Assembly (NCBI GenBank): GCA_043814705.1
Contig: JBDRJR010000051.1
Location: 1 to 60,966, forward strand
DNA: 60,966 bases
Direction: 5' to 3'
DNA from: Verrucomicrobiota bacterium
GTDB taxonomy: Bacteria > Verrucomicrobiota > Kiritimatiellia > JAAZAB01
Shown here: positions 50,961-60,106 of the stretch, piece after piece
Numbering within the stretch: position 1 is the stretch's first letter
Layout: the number at the start of each line of letters is the position of its first letter
Program-made: the position numbers and the translations under genes
The notes under the pieces: model-generated
What the model was told of the DNA's origin: nothing
Databases searched by the model: none
Seen by the model: only the letters and a program-made list of their open reading frames with translations

Positions 50961-53156
50961 ATGCCCACCCCTGCCCCATCCAATGCCGCGCCGGAAGAAA
51001 CCATCACGGGCATCATTGATCACATTGTGTATCGTTCGGAAGAGTCCGGATACACCGTTTGCGTTCTAAAAACCACCGGCCACAAGGAAGGCATTGTGGT
51101 TGTCGGCACGTGTGCGGCCATATGGGCGGGTGAAAACCTGCAGGCCGAAGGACGCTGGATCCGCCACAAAACGCACGGACTCCAGTTTAACGCCCACAAG
51201 ATGGTATGTGTCGAGCCGCAGTCCGCCGCAGGCATCGAAAAATATTTGGCCAGCGGCCTCATTCAGGGGATCGGCCCGGTCCTGGCCGGGCGGCTGGTCA
51301 GGAAATTCGGTGAGAATACCTTGCGGATTATTGAACGGGAATCGGCGCGCCTGGAAGCGGTCGAAGGCATCGGCCGAAAGCGGCGGGAACAGATCAAGGC
51401 ATCCTGGAACGAACAGAAAACAGTGCGCGACATCATGATTTTCCTGCACGGCCACAACGTGCGCGCATCCCAGGCCATGCGCATTTACCGCGCTTACGGG
51501 GATGATGCCATTGCCCTGGTTCGCGCCAACCCTTACCGGCTGGCGGCGGATATCTGGGGCATTGGCTTCAAATCCGCCGATAAAATCGCCATGGATATCG
51601 GTATCCCGCCGCAATCGGTGGTGCGGGCGCAGGCCGGCATCATTTACACGCTTCAAACCCTGATGAATGAAGGCCATTGTTACTGTCCACGCGCGGAGTT
51701 GCTGGCCACGGCGGAACAGTTGCTGGCCATTCCACCCGCCATCCTGGAAGAAGCACTGGCGCTCGAACTCGGCAAGCACACCTTGATTGAGGAAGATACC
51801 GCTATTTACATCGCCGCACTGTTTCATGCTGAAACAGGTATTGCCACACAGATCACGCGTCTGCTGAAAACCCCGCCGCGCTGGATACCAAAAGATACCG
51901 CCAAAGCGATCCACTGGGCCGCCGGCCGCATGCGCATCACCTTCGCACCCTGCCAGGTCCAGGCACTGCGGTTGGCGCTGATGGAAAAAGTAAGCATCAT
52001 CACAGGCGGTCCCGGCGTCGGCAAAACCACCATTATTCGCGCCCTGGTGGACATGTTTTCGGCCAAACGCCAGAGCGTGTGCTTAGCGGCGCCAACCGGG
52101 CGTGCCGCCAAACGTATGGAGGAAGCCACCCGGCACCCGGCCATGACGCTCCACCGGCTATTAAAATTCATGCCGACCACGGGCCGCTTCGCACACAACC
52201 AGTCCAGCCCCCTGGCCGGTGACGTGTTCGTCCTGGACGAAGTTTCGATGATAGATGTCAGCCTGATGCTGAACTTTCTGCTGGCCCTCCCACCCGCGTC
52301 CCGGCTGGTCATCGTGGGGGATGCCGATCAATTGCCCAGCGTGGGGCCGGGCAACGTATTGCGCGACATGATTGCGTCCGGCGCCCTACCCGCGGTCAAG
52401 CTGGACGTAATTTTCCGGCAAAGCGCACGGAGCTGGATCGTGCATAATGCCCATCAAGTCAATACGGGCCAGTTTTTCGATGCGCCGCCGGCCGATGAAA
52501 ATTCCGATTTTTATTTTGTGGATGAGAACGATCCTGACAAGGTCATCCGCGCCGCCATCGAACTGATCACCAAGCGCATCCCCCAGCGGTTTGGCCTGAA
52601 CCCGCGCACGGATATTCAGCTCCTGACGCCCATGCGCCGGTTCCAATTAGGCGCCGAGAATATGAATGCCATCCTGCAGGACGTACTTAATCCCAGGGGC
52701 GAGTCAGTCACGCGCTACGGGCGCATCTACCGCGCCGGTGACCGCGTCATGCAGATGCGGAATAATTACGACAAGGACGTCTATAACGGAGATATCGGGC
52801 AGATTAGGGCAATTTCCGACGAGGATCAGGAAGTTGAGGTGGATTTCGACGGCCGGCGGGTGATTTACCAGCTCTACGAACTGGATGAGCTTAGCATCGC
52901 CTATGCCAGTTCCATCCATAAGGCGCAGGGCAGTGAGCACCCGGCCGTGGTCATCCTGATGACCACCCAGCATTACAAGCTCCTGCAACGCAATCTGCTC
53001 TATACCGCGCTGACGCGCGGGCGCAAATTAGTGTGCCTGATAGGTTCGAAAAAGGCCGTGTCAATCGCCATCCGCAATAATTGCACCATCGAGCGGCGCA
53101 CCCGCCTGCGAGAGCGTTTGGCGGCAATACGGAAGAATGGCGAATGGAATGGTTGA
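50961..53156 (+). CDS. recD2: RecD2-like SF1 ATP-dependent DNA helicase
   Basis: Walker A IITGGPGVGKTT, VLDEVSMID, IVGDADQLPSVGPG, and C-terminal SIHKAQGSE..YTALTRGR motifs. Confidence 0.88.
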   Translation: MPTPAPSNAAPEETITGIIDHIVYRSEESGYTVCVLKTTGHKEGIVVVGTCAAIWAGENLQAEGRWIRHKTHGLQFNAHKMVCVEPQSAAGIEKYLASGLIQGIGPVLAGRLVRKFGENTLRIIERESARLEAVEGIGRKRREQIKASWNEQKTVRDIMIFLHGHNVRASQAMRIYRAYGDDAIALVRANPYRLAADIWGIGFKSADKIAMDIGIPPQSVVRAQAGIIYTLQTLMNEGHCYCPRAELLATAEQLLAIPPAILEEALALELGKHTLIEEDTAIYIAALFHAETGIATQITRLLKTPPRWIPKDTAKAIHWAAGRMRITFAPCQVQALRLALMEKVSIITGGPGVGKTTIIRALVDMFSAKRQSVCLAAPTGRAAKRMEEATRHPAMTLHRLLKFMPTTGRFAHNQSSPLAGDVFVLDEVSMIDVSLMLNFLLALPPASRLVIVGDADQLPSVGPGNVLRDMIASGALPAVKLDVIFRQSARSWIVHNAHQVNTGQFFDAPPADENSDFYFVDENDPDKVIRAAIELITKRIPQRFGLNPRTDIQLLTPMRRFQLGAENMNAILQDVLNPRGESVTRYGRIYRAGDRVMQMRNNYDKDVYNGDIGQIRAISDEDQEVEVDFDGRRVIYQLYELDELSIAYASSIHKAQGSEHPAVVILMTTQHYKLLQRNLLYTALTRGRKLVCLIGSKKAVSIAIRNNCTIERRTRLRERLAAIRKNGEWNG

Positions 53157-53240
53157 TGGCCGATGGATCATGGGAAAGGATTCGACTTCTGCGTCATATT
53201 GCTGTAGTATTTTCACCGGCGTCCCACAGGGACGCCATGG

Positions 53241-53315
53241 GCTGTGGACTGTAGGCTGTGGACTGTAGGCTGTGGACTGTAGGCTGTGGACTGTAGGCTG
53301 TAGGCTGTAGGCTGT
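53241..53315. repeat. Tandem GCTGTGGACTGTAG (14 bp) x4 then GCTGTAG x2-3
   Basis: Read directly. Abuts copy B of the 140-bp repeat. Confidence 0.9.
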
Positions 53316-53455
53316 GGGTCGGAACAGAATAAACACAGATGGGAAAAACCGGAACTGCGGTTTTGATAATGGTCCTTCATAGCCCTCGGTTTTATTGGGA
53401 TTTTCCCACAGTCAATAGCCCACAGCCCTCAGCCAAAGCATCCTATGGGATGCTA
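53316..53455. repeat. 140-bp dispersed repeat, copy B
   Basis: Mismatches to copy A only at positions 85 (G/A) and 120 (C/A). Confidence 0.95.
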
Positions 53456-53509
53456 CTGTAGTATTTTAATAAAAGCTACTCACTGGCATCCCACAAGGAC
53501 GCCAAGACT

Positions 53510-53740
53510 ATGGGAATCGAGGCAACCATGCAAAGCGCACAAAAACATCGTGGCGAACAATCCGGGCAGACGCAGGTTATTCGCGCCATGACCATGGAGC
53601 AACGCTGGCGGACGGCTCAAAGTTTATACGCCACCGCCAGGGAATGGAAGGCCTGCGCGTTGCGCTCCTTGCATCCGGATTGGAATGAAAACAATATCAG
53701 GGAATCGGTTCGAGGGAGTTTCCTTCATGCCGGAAGATAA
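53510..53740 (+). CDS. Small protein preceding a nucleotidyltransferase (antitoxin-like position)
   Basis: 76 aa. Overlaps the next ORF by 14 nt. Pattern ..MTMEQRWRTAQSLYATAREWKACALRSLHPDWNENNIRESV.. resembles small helical partners often found with NTase genes (from memory). Confidence 0.5.
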   Translation: MGIEATMQSAQKHRGEQSGQTQVIRAMTMEQRWRTAQSLYATAREWKACALRSLHPDWNENNIRESVRGSFLHAGR

Positions 53741-54296
53741 AGATTTATTCCTGATCTTCATCCGTCCGCTTAATCGGATGGGCGTCGCTTACATGGTGAC
53801 GGGATCCGCCGCCAGCATGGCCTATGGCATCCCCAGGGTAACGCTCGACATTGACATGGTTGTGGAACTAACGACAGCTCAGACCGGACTTCTGCCGCTG
53901 GCCTTCCCCTCGAAAGAGTTCTACTGTCCGCCGCGGGAAGTGATTGGCATTGAAATAGAGCGCGCATCCCGCGGGCATTTCAACGTGATTCACATGGAAA
54001 CGGGCTTCAAAGCCGATTTTTACCCGACGGGCAACGACCCACTGCATCGCTGGGCCATGGCGCGCCGTCGGCGAGTGGAGATGTTTGGCGAAGCGATCAT
54101 GTTGGCCCCGCCTGAGTACGTCATTGTTAGGAAATTGGAGTACTTCCAAGAGGGTGGCGCTGAGAAACACTTGCAGGATATTCATGGCATGCTCGCCACC
54201 TCCGGCGACCTGATCAATCTTGTCGAGTTGGAGCCATTGATTCAACAGCGCGGTCTCCAAGAAGCATGGAAGCGCGCGCAGGCCTTGCGACTATAA
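53727..54296 (+). CDS. Nucleotidyltransferase-fold protein (MNT/AbiEii-like)
   Basis: VAYMVTGSAASMAYGIPRVTLDIDMVVEL is the G-S..D-x-D minimal NTase signature. Start at 53727 or 53685. Confidence 0.6.
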   Translation: MPEDKDLFLIFIRPLNRMGVAYMVTGSAASMAYGIPRVTLDIDMVVELTTAQTGLLPLAFPSKEFYCPPREVIGIEIERASRGHFNVIHMETGFKADFYPTGNDPLHRWAMARRRRVEMFGEAIMLAPPEYVIVRKLEYFQEGGAEKHLQDIHGMLATSGDLINLVELEPLIQQRGLQEAWKRAQALRL

Positions 54297-54574
54297 ATGC
54301 AACCTGCTCTACACCGGAAACCGCAGAATATCAAATAGCGAATATCGAACGGCGAAGTTCAGAACTTCGAGATTCTGCGGTTCGTTATTCGTCAATCTGC
54401 GGTTCTCAGGAAACAACACTGCTGGTAACGCCCCTGAAGATCAAGCACTTACGCTGGCAGGCGAATCAGCCGTGCCGATTGCGAGCGCCGCCACGTTAAC
54501 CATTGACCATTGACCATGTTCCGCTTATAATGCCGGCTTCCAATGCAAAGCAGGAACTTTAAGGAGAAATTTTT

Positions 54575-55735
54575 ATGAACTACGGTCTGACTGAACAGCA
54601 GGAAATGATCCGGGACTTGTGCCGCCAGGTGGCCCAGGAAAAAATAAAGCCGATCCGCGAGCACTATGATGAAGCCAATGAGTTTCCGCATGAAATTCTG
54701 AAGGTATTTGCCCAGGCGGATTTGTGCGGACTCTATATCGAGGAAAAATACGGCGGACTGGGCGGCGGGGTCATGGACCTGAGCATCGCCGTCGAGGAAC
54801 TATCCAAAGTTTGCAGTGGCATTGCGCTGAGCTTGGCCGCCACGGCGCTGGGCACCTTCCCCATCATTCTTTACGGCAATGACGAGCAGAAGCAGAAATA
54901 TCTGCCGCGCGTCGCCTCCGGCCAGGCCCTTTCGGCCTTCGCCCTGACGGAAGCCAATGCCGGCAGTGACGCCGGCGCCATTGCCACCACGGCCGCCAGG
55001 GACGGCGACGATTACATCCTCAACGGCACCAAGCAATGGATCACCAACGGCGGCGAAGCCGAGATTTACTCGGTCATCACCAAGACCGATAAATCCAAAG
55101 GCTCGCGCGGCGCCACCGCTTTCATCGTGGAGAAAGACACGCCGGGTTTCACCTTCGGCAAGAAGGAAAACAAAATGGGCATCCGCGCCTCCGCCACGCG
55201 CGAACTGGTCTTCCAGGATTGCCGTGTGCCGAAAGCCAATATCCTCGGCAAGGAAGGCCTGGGTTTCATCGTGGCCATGAAGACCTTCGACATGTCCCGT
55301 CCGGGCGTGGCCGCCCAGGCCCTGGGCATCGCCGCCGGCGCGCTGGATGAAGCCGTCCGATACAGCCGCGAACGCCGCCAGTTCGGCAAGCCGATCTGTT
55401 CTTTCCAGGGCGTCCAGTTCATGCTGGCCGACATGGCCACGCAGGTCGAGGCCGCCCGCGCGCTGGTTTATGCCGCCGCCCGTTACATTGACAGCGGCGC
55501 CAAGGACGTCAGCAAGATTTCCGCCATGTGCAAGCTGTTCGCTTCCGACACCGCCATGCGCGTCACGACCGATGCCGTCCAGGTCCTGGGCGGCTACGGC
55601 TACATGAAGGAATACCCGGTCGAGAAAATGATGCGCGACGCCAAGATCACGCAAATCTATGAAGGCACCAACCAGATCCAGCGCGAAGTCATCGGCATGA
55701 ATCTGATCAAGGAAGCCGCCAGTCGGAAATCGTAA
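54575..55735 (+). CDS. Acyl-CoA dehydrogenase (short/butyryl-chain type)
   Basis: FALTEANAGSDA..WITNGG..QILGGYGY..ARDAKITQIYEGTNQIQR. AAGGAG RBS. Confidence 0.9.
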   Translation: MNYGLTEQQEMIRDLCRQVAQEKIKPIREHYDEANEFPHEILKVFAQADLCGLYIEEKYGGLGGGVMDLSIAVEELSKVCSGIALSLAATALGTFPIILYGNDEQKQKYLPRVASGQALSAFALTEANAGSDAGAIATTAARDGDDYILNGTKQWITNGGEAEIYSVITKTDKSKGSRGATAFIVEKDTPGFTFGKKENKMGIRASATRELVFQDCRVPKANILGKEGLGFIVAMKTFDMSRPGVAAQALGIAAGALDEAVRYSRERRQFGKPICSFQGVQFMLADMATQVEAARALVYAAARYIDSGAKDVSKISAMCKLFASDTAMRVTTDAVQVLGGYGYMKEYPVEKMMRDAKITQIYEGTNQIQREVIGMNLIKEAASRKS

Positions 55736-55907
55736 TCGGCGGAGGACGAACTTTTGGGCGCCAAGGCGCTTCCGCCTGCGTTCAGCCGCGCGCGCCCTGG
55801 GCGCAACCGGGACAGCGGGACCGGCCAGAGCGCAGATGAATGACGGCGGACATTTGCCAAAAGAACGGAGTAACCATTAAACCATCTGCCGAAAGGCTAA
55901 GGGAGGC

Positions 55908-56765
55908 ATGGCGATGAAAGTGTATATCCAGACGGATATCGAAGGCGTGGCGGGATTTGCATCGTTTGAAGATCGCAAAACACAAACGCTTGAAAACTAT
56001 CAGCACCGCTTGCGGATGTACCGGCTTTTGACGGGCGAGGTCAATGCCGCCATCCGGGCGGCCAAAGCCTGCGGCGCGGATGTGATTTACGTAAATGACA
56101 GCCATGGCGCCGCCTATAACATTCTTTTCGAAGAGTTGGAGGAAGGCTGTGAAATCATTCATGGGCGCTCCAACCATTCCCCGTCCTGGCTGACCTCACT
56201 GGATGATACGTTTGACGCCATGGTGCTGATCGGAATGCACGCCATGGGCGGCGACTTGAATGGCATCTGCCCGCATAGCAAATGGGAGGTCAATGGCGGC
56301 AGGATTTATATGAGCGAAGCCTCAATGGCTATGGCGCTGGCTGGGGACCTGGGCATCCCCGCCGTTTTTGTGAGCGGCGACCAGGTCATTACCGCGGAAG
56401 TGCATGCCAAAAACCCGGCGATACAGACGGCCGTGGTCAAGCACGCTTACGGACCTTTTTTCTGCCGGTCCCTGCTCCCAAAAAAGGCGCAGGCCTTGAT
56501 CGAGGCCGGCGTAAAAGCCGGGCTTAAACGACGCCGGACCATACCACCGTATCGGGTCAAGGGACCATTAACACTGAATCTGCTCGATAGTCCCCGGCAT
56601 ATCCCGCCGCTTAAGCGAGTTCTGAAAAAACCGGTCAGGGGCCAAACGATCACCGCAGTGTTTGAAAAGGCGCTGAACGCGTTCCCATGGAATTCGTACG
56701 GCAAGAAGATCATGGATTATTACTCATATCCGAGTAATCTTTCCGGTCAGAAACCCAGATCGTAA
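55908..56765 (+). CDS. M55-family (DppA-like) D-aminopeptidase
   Basis: MKVYIQTDIEGVAG N-terminus and overall length fit the M55 family. Confidence 0.7.
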   Translation: MAMKVYIQTDIEGVAGFASFEDRKTQTLENYQHRLRMYRLLTGEVNAAIRAAKACGADVIYVNDSHGAAYNILFEELEEGCEIIHGRSNHSPSWLTSLDDTFDAMVLIGMHAMGGDLNGICPHSKWEVNGGRIYMSEASMAMALAGDLGIPAVFVSGDQVITAEVHAKNPAIQTAVVKHAYGPFFCRSLLPKKAQALIEAGVKAGLKRRRTIPPYRVKGPLTLNLLDSPRHIPPLKRVLKKPVRGQTITAVFEKALNAFPWNSYGKKIMDYYSYPSNLSGQKPRS

Positions 56766-56782
56766 TCACGAAAGGACAAGGC

Positions 56783-57937
56783 ATGCAAAAACATCGCATG
56801 GCCGTTATCGGTTGCGGCGCATTATCGCAGGGCGTACATTTGCCCAATGCGCAAAAAAATCCGCGGGTTGAATTGGTCTGCGCCTGTGATATCAACCGTT
56901 CGGTCGCGGACCAGTGTTGTGCCAAATTCGGCGCTCAGCGGGCGGAAAGCGACTGGCACAAGGTGGTGGAAGCCAAGGATATTGACCTGATTGTGCTGGG
57001 CACCCAGCATAATATCCGCGGCGAAGTCATTATTCCGGCGTTACACCACCGCAAGCCGGTTTATACGGAAAAACCGCTGGCGCCATCCCACAAGGAAATG
57101 TTCGATATCGTATATGCCAGCCGGGAAACGAAAGTGCCGGTTTGCGTGGGACATAACCGGCGTTCCAGTCCGGCCATCCTGGAATTTATACGCCTGCTGG
57201 ATAAGGCCCGGCAGACCCAGTCCGCGACACTGCCGTCGGTTGATCGGTCGGCGGAGCGCAAGCGCATTGCGGAAGAGAAACAAACGCAGTTGCTGATCCG
57301 GGTCAATGACGATATCCGCAGTTGGAAGGGCTGGATCTTCCGTGATGAAGAAGGCATTTTTTTTGCCGAAATGGTGCATTTTATTGACTTGGCGCTGTTG
57401 TTTAACCATAGCTGGCCGGTGCGTGTATTTGCCGAGGGTTCCGCGCGCGGCAATTTTACCATGATCCTGCGGTTTGCGGATGGATCCATCACAACTTTGT
57501 TTCATAGCATGGTCGGCAATTTTGACTATCCCAAGGAATTGATCGAAGCCACGGTGCATAATGTTACCATCGCCATGGACCAACATATCGAAGTCCGCCA
57601 ATGCGGATTGAAGGACGAGCGGAATTTGCAAACTTTCCCATATGCGGAAGGGTGTGACTGGGCCGCGGAGCAGGGCATGACCGGCTATTTCCATGAGCAA
57701 GCCGGCGAATACCTGCGCGCGGAAAAGGCGGGTGAAAAACCGCGTTGGCTTAATGTCAACAAAGGCCATTATGCGCACATGGATCGGTTCCTTGATCATC
57801 TTGAGGGGCATGGTCCCAATCCCAATGACGTGGAAAGCGCGGTGCCGGTTAATCTGATTGCCCTCAAACTTCTGGCATCCGTGCGGTCGGGTTTGCCCGT
57901 TGCCATCGGTCCGGAAGATTGGCAGATTCCGGAATGA
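56783..57937 (+). CDS. Gfo/Idh/MocA-family oxidoreductase
   Basis: N-terminal Rossmann MAVIGCGALSQGVHLPN, and EKPLA motif (YTEKPLAPS). Confidence 0.8.
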   Translation: MQKHRMAVIGCGALSQGVHLPNAQKNPRVELVCACDINRSVADQCCAKFGAQRAESDWHKVVEAKDIDLIVLGTQHNIRGEVIIPALHHRKPVYTEKPLAPSHKEMFDIVYASRETKVPVCVGHNRRSSPAILEFIRLLDKARQTQSATLPSVDRSAERKRIAEEKQTQLLIRVNDDIRSWKGWIFRDEEGIFFAEMVHFIDLALLFNHSWPVRVFAEGSARGNFTMILRFADGSITTLFHSMVGNFDYPKELIEATVHNVTIAMDQHIEVRQCGLKDERNLQTFPYAEGCDWAAEQGMTGYFHEQAGEYLRAEKAGEKPRWLNVNKGHYAHMDRFLDHLEGHGPNPNDVESAVPVNLIALKLLASVRSGLPVAIGPEDWQIPE

Positions 57938-57995
57938 CGCCGGAACGCGGCAAGGCCGGAATCGCGCAAAACCTGAAAGTGCCGCCGGGCTCCGG

Positions 57996-58047
57996 ATAGT
58001 ACCTGATACATCAGAAACCGCTATGAAAAACAAGAAAATTGTAAAAC
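57996..58047. repeat. 52-nt module S2, copy b
   Basis: ATAGTACCTGATACATCAGAAACCGCTATGAAAAACAAGAAAATTGTAAAAC. Confidence 0.85.
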
Positions 58048-58088
58048 AAGAGGGGATTTCCGCCGAAGGCGGATCCGCCTATGGAGGA

Positions 58089-58242
58089 CACCACGGAGTT
58101 ACACGGAGGCACGGAGCGTGATCCGTCTCCTTGATCTCCTTCCATCTCCACACAAAGTGTTGTCCGGCCGTGGCCGGACAACGATTGATCGGAAGAGAAC
58201 ACGTGAGGAGAAGTCTCTCTGTGCCTCCGTGTCTCTGTGGTG
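58089..58242. repeat. Inverted-repeat element, CACCACGGAGGCACGG family (Y1)
   Basis: Arms CACCACGGAGTTACACGGAGGCACGGAG / CTCTCTGTGCCTCCGTGTCTCTGTGGTG. Internal hairpin GTTGTCCGGCC..GGCCGGACAAC. Confidence 0.85.
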
Positions 58243-58285
58243 CGGTTTGTTTTGTTTGGGTTGCGGGCACAGCCCGCGTTGGGTA
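58243..58285. repeat. Z-family half unit directly upstream of the DUF362 ATG
   Basis: CGGTTTGTTTTGTTTGGGTTGCGGGCACAGCCCGCGTTGGGTA. Confidence 0.8.
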
Positions 58286-58287
58286 TA

Positions 58288-59619
58288 ATGAACGCCAAAA
58301 AATCAACAGTTGCAATTTTACGGACAACGCCGGCCACGGTCCTGCAGGATTATCACCGCCTGTTGAACCTGGCTGGGTATCGGGATGTTTTGCCGAAAAC
58401 CAGCGAAACGGCGCTCAAGATCAACATCAGTTGGCATTTTTTCTTCCCGGGCAGTTCCACAACGCCCTGGCAATTAGACGGGGTCATTCGCGCCTTAAAG
58501 CAGGATGGTTATGCGCCCGCCAAAATTCATGCTTGCCATAATCGCACGGTGGTTATTGATGCCCGCCTGGGCGAACGGGAAAACAAGCAGGTAAACGTAA
58601 TCCGGTCCCACGGGCTCCGGAACGTGCACCTGTATGAGCCGGATGTGGAATGGATTCATATTCGCGACGCCGTGGGCGATCTGGCGGACAAGTTTCTCTG
58701 CCTGAACCAGGTCTATCCGGACGGGTTCCTGATCCCAAAACACTTCATCGGCGAGAACATCATTCATTTGCCGACGATTAAAACCCATGTGTTTACCACG
58801 ACTACGGGCGCCATGAAAAACGCGTTCGGCGGCCTGCTCAACGAGCGGCGCCATTGGACCCACCCGGTGATTCACGAGACCCTGGTTGATTTGCTGAGGA
58901 TCCAGAACAAAATTCACAGCGGCGTGTTTGCCGTGATGGACGGCACGTTTGCCGGCGACGGCCCCGGCCCGCGTTGCATGGCTCCTTACACCAAGAACGT
59001 CATTCTGGCCGCGGCTGACCAGGTGGCCATTGACGCCGTGGCGGCCAAGCTGATGGGCTTTGATCCCTTGCGCGACATAAAATTCATCCGCTTAGCCCAC
59101 GAACAGGGCTTGGGATGCGGAAACCCGCGCGACATTCAAATCGTCGGCGACACAGCGGCGGCCAATGAAAACTGGCATTTTGTCGGCCCCTTCCGGAAAA
59201 TGACCTTTGCCAGCAGAATGCAACATAAAATCTATTGGGGCCCGCTGAAAAAGCCCGTGGAATGGTCATTAAAAACCGTGCTGGCGCCCTGGGCCTATAT
59301 TGCCAGTGTACTTTATCACGACTTTTTCTGGTATCCGGCACACCGCAAACTGCGCCAAAAAGCTTTGCAAAGCAATTGGGGCCGGCTGTTCCACAACTGG
59401 GAACGGCTGTCAATCCCGCCCGACAACCTGACCGCACCCGGCTGGCCAGAAGTAGGCCCGGCGCCATCGGCCACGGAACAGGGTCATGCGCAGGGAAGTG
59501 AAAACCATTATATCCAAGCAATGAAAATACTGGCAGAATGCATTAAGGAAGCGCCTGAGTTTGCCGCGCGCAAGCGGCATAAAACCCCGTTCAACGCGCG
59601 TCAACCGCATATCCATTAA
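58288..59619 (+). CDS. DUF362-domain protein
   Basis: Family-like N-terminal half (VAILRT..ALKINISWHFFFPGSSTTPWQLDGVIRAL..IIHLPTIKTH..TGAMKN.FG). ATG at 58288; the upstream extension is repeat-encoded. Confidence 0.6.
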   Translation: MNAKKSTVAILRTTPATVLQDYHRLLNLAGYRDVLPKTSETALKINISWHFFFPGSSTTPWQLDGVIRALKQDGYAPAKIHACHNRTVVIDARLGERENKQVNVIRSHGLRNVHLYEPDVEWIHIRDAVGDLADKFLCLNQVYPDGFLIPKHFIGENIIHLPTIKTHVFTTTTGAMKNAFGGLLNERRHWTHPVIHETLVDLLRIQNKIHSGVFAVMDGTFAGDGPGPRCMAPYTKNVILAAADQVAIDAVAAKLMGFDPLRDIKFIRLAHEQGLGCGNPRDIQIVGDTAAANENWHFVGPFRKMTFASRMQHKIYWGPLKKPVEWSLKTVLAPWAYIASVLYHDFFWYPAHRKLRQKALQSNWGRLFHNWERLSIPPDNLTAPGWPEVGPAPSATEQGHAQGSENHYIQAMKILAECIKEAPEFAARKRHKTPFNARQPHIH

Positions 59620-59698
59620 TTCCAGATACTGACTGACTACCCGCGCAGTAACTATTCGGGGTCTTCCGCGGAATCTATTGGTAAGATCCGCGGAAATT

Positions 59699-59960
59699 CA
59701 CCACGGAGGCACGGAAACACGGAGGAGAGATTGCTTGAAATCAGGTTTTGCCAAAGGCAAAATCTGATTTCAAGCAACGATTTGTATTGGAGAAGGAGGG
59801 GAGCCAATTTATCATGATTGAACGGATCGAATCTCTCGTCTTTCTCCACAAAACAGTCAGTTTTGGCAAACTTGAGATTAGTCCGGCAACTGCCGGGCCA
59901 ATCTCAAGTTTGCCAAAATCTCCTCTTTTTAAATCTCCGTGTTTCCGTGCCTCCGTGGTG
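59699..59960. repeat. 262-bp nested-hairpin element, Y family (Y2)
   Basis: Perfect 26-bp terminal inverted repeat CACCACGGAGGCACGGAAACACGGAG. Internal 22-bp stem (59731-59777) and 19-bp stem (59861-59918). Confidence 0.9.
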
Positions 59961-60106
59961 AATTTTTCTCATTCAGCAGGGCGTAACAATATGGTTACAG
60001 GAAATACGAGAGCATTTGAAGTTTATAAAGCTCAGAGCATGAATAGTTTGCGTGATTATCTGGCAATTAATGACCCGCGAATTTTGCGGAGGAGCCACTA
60101 TTCGGA

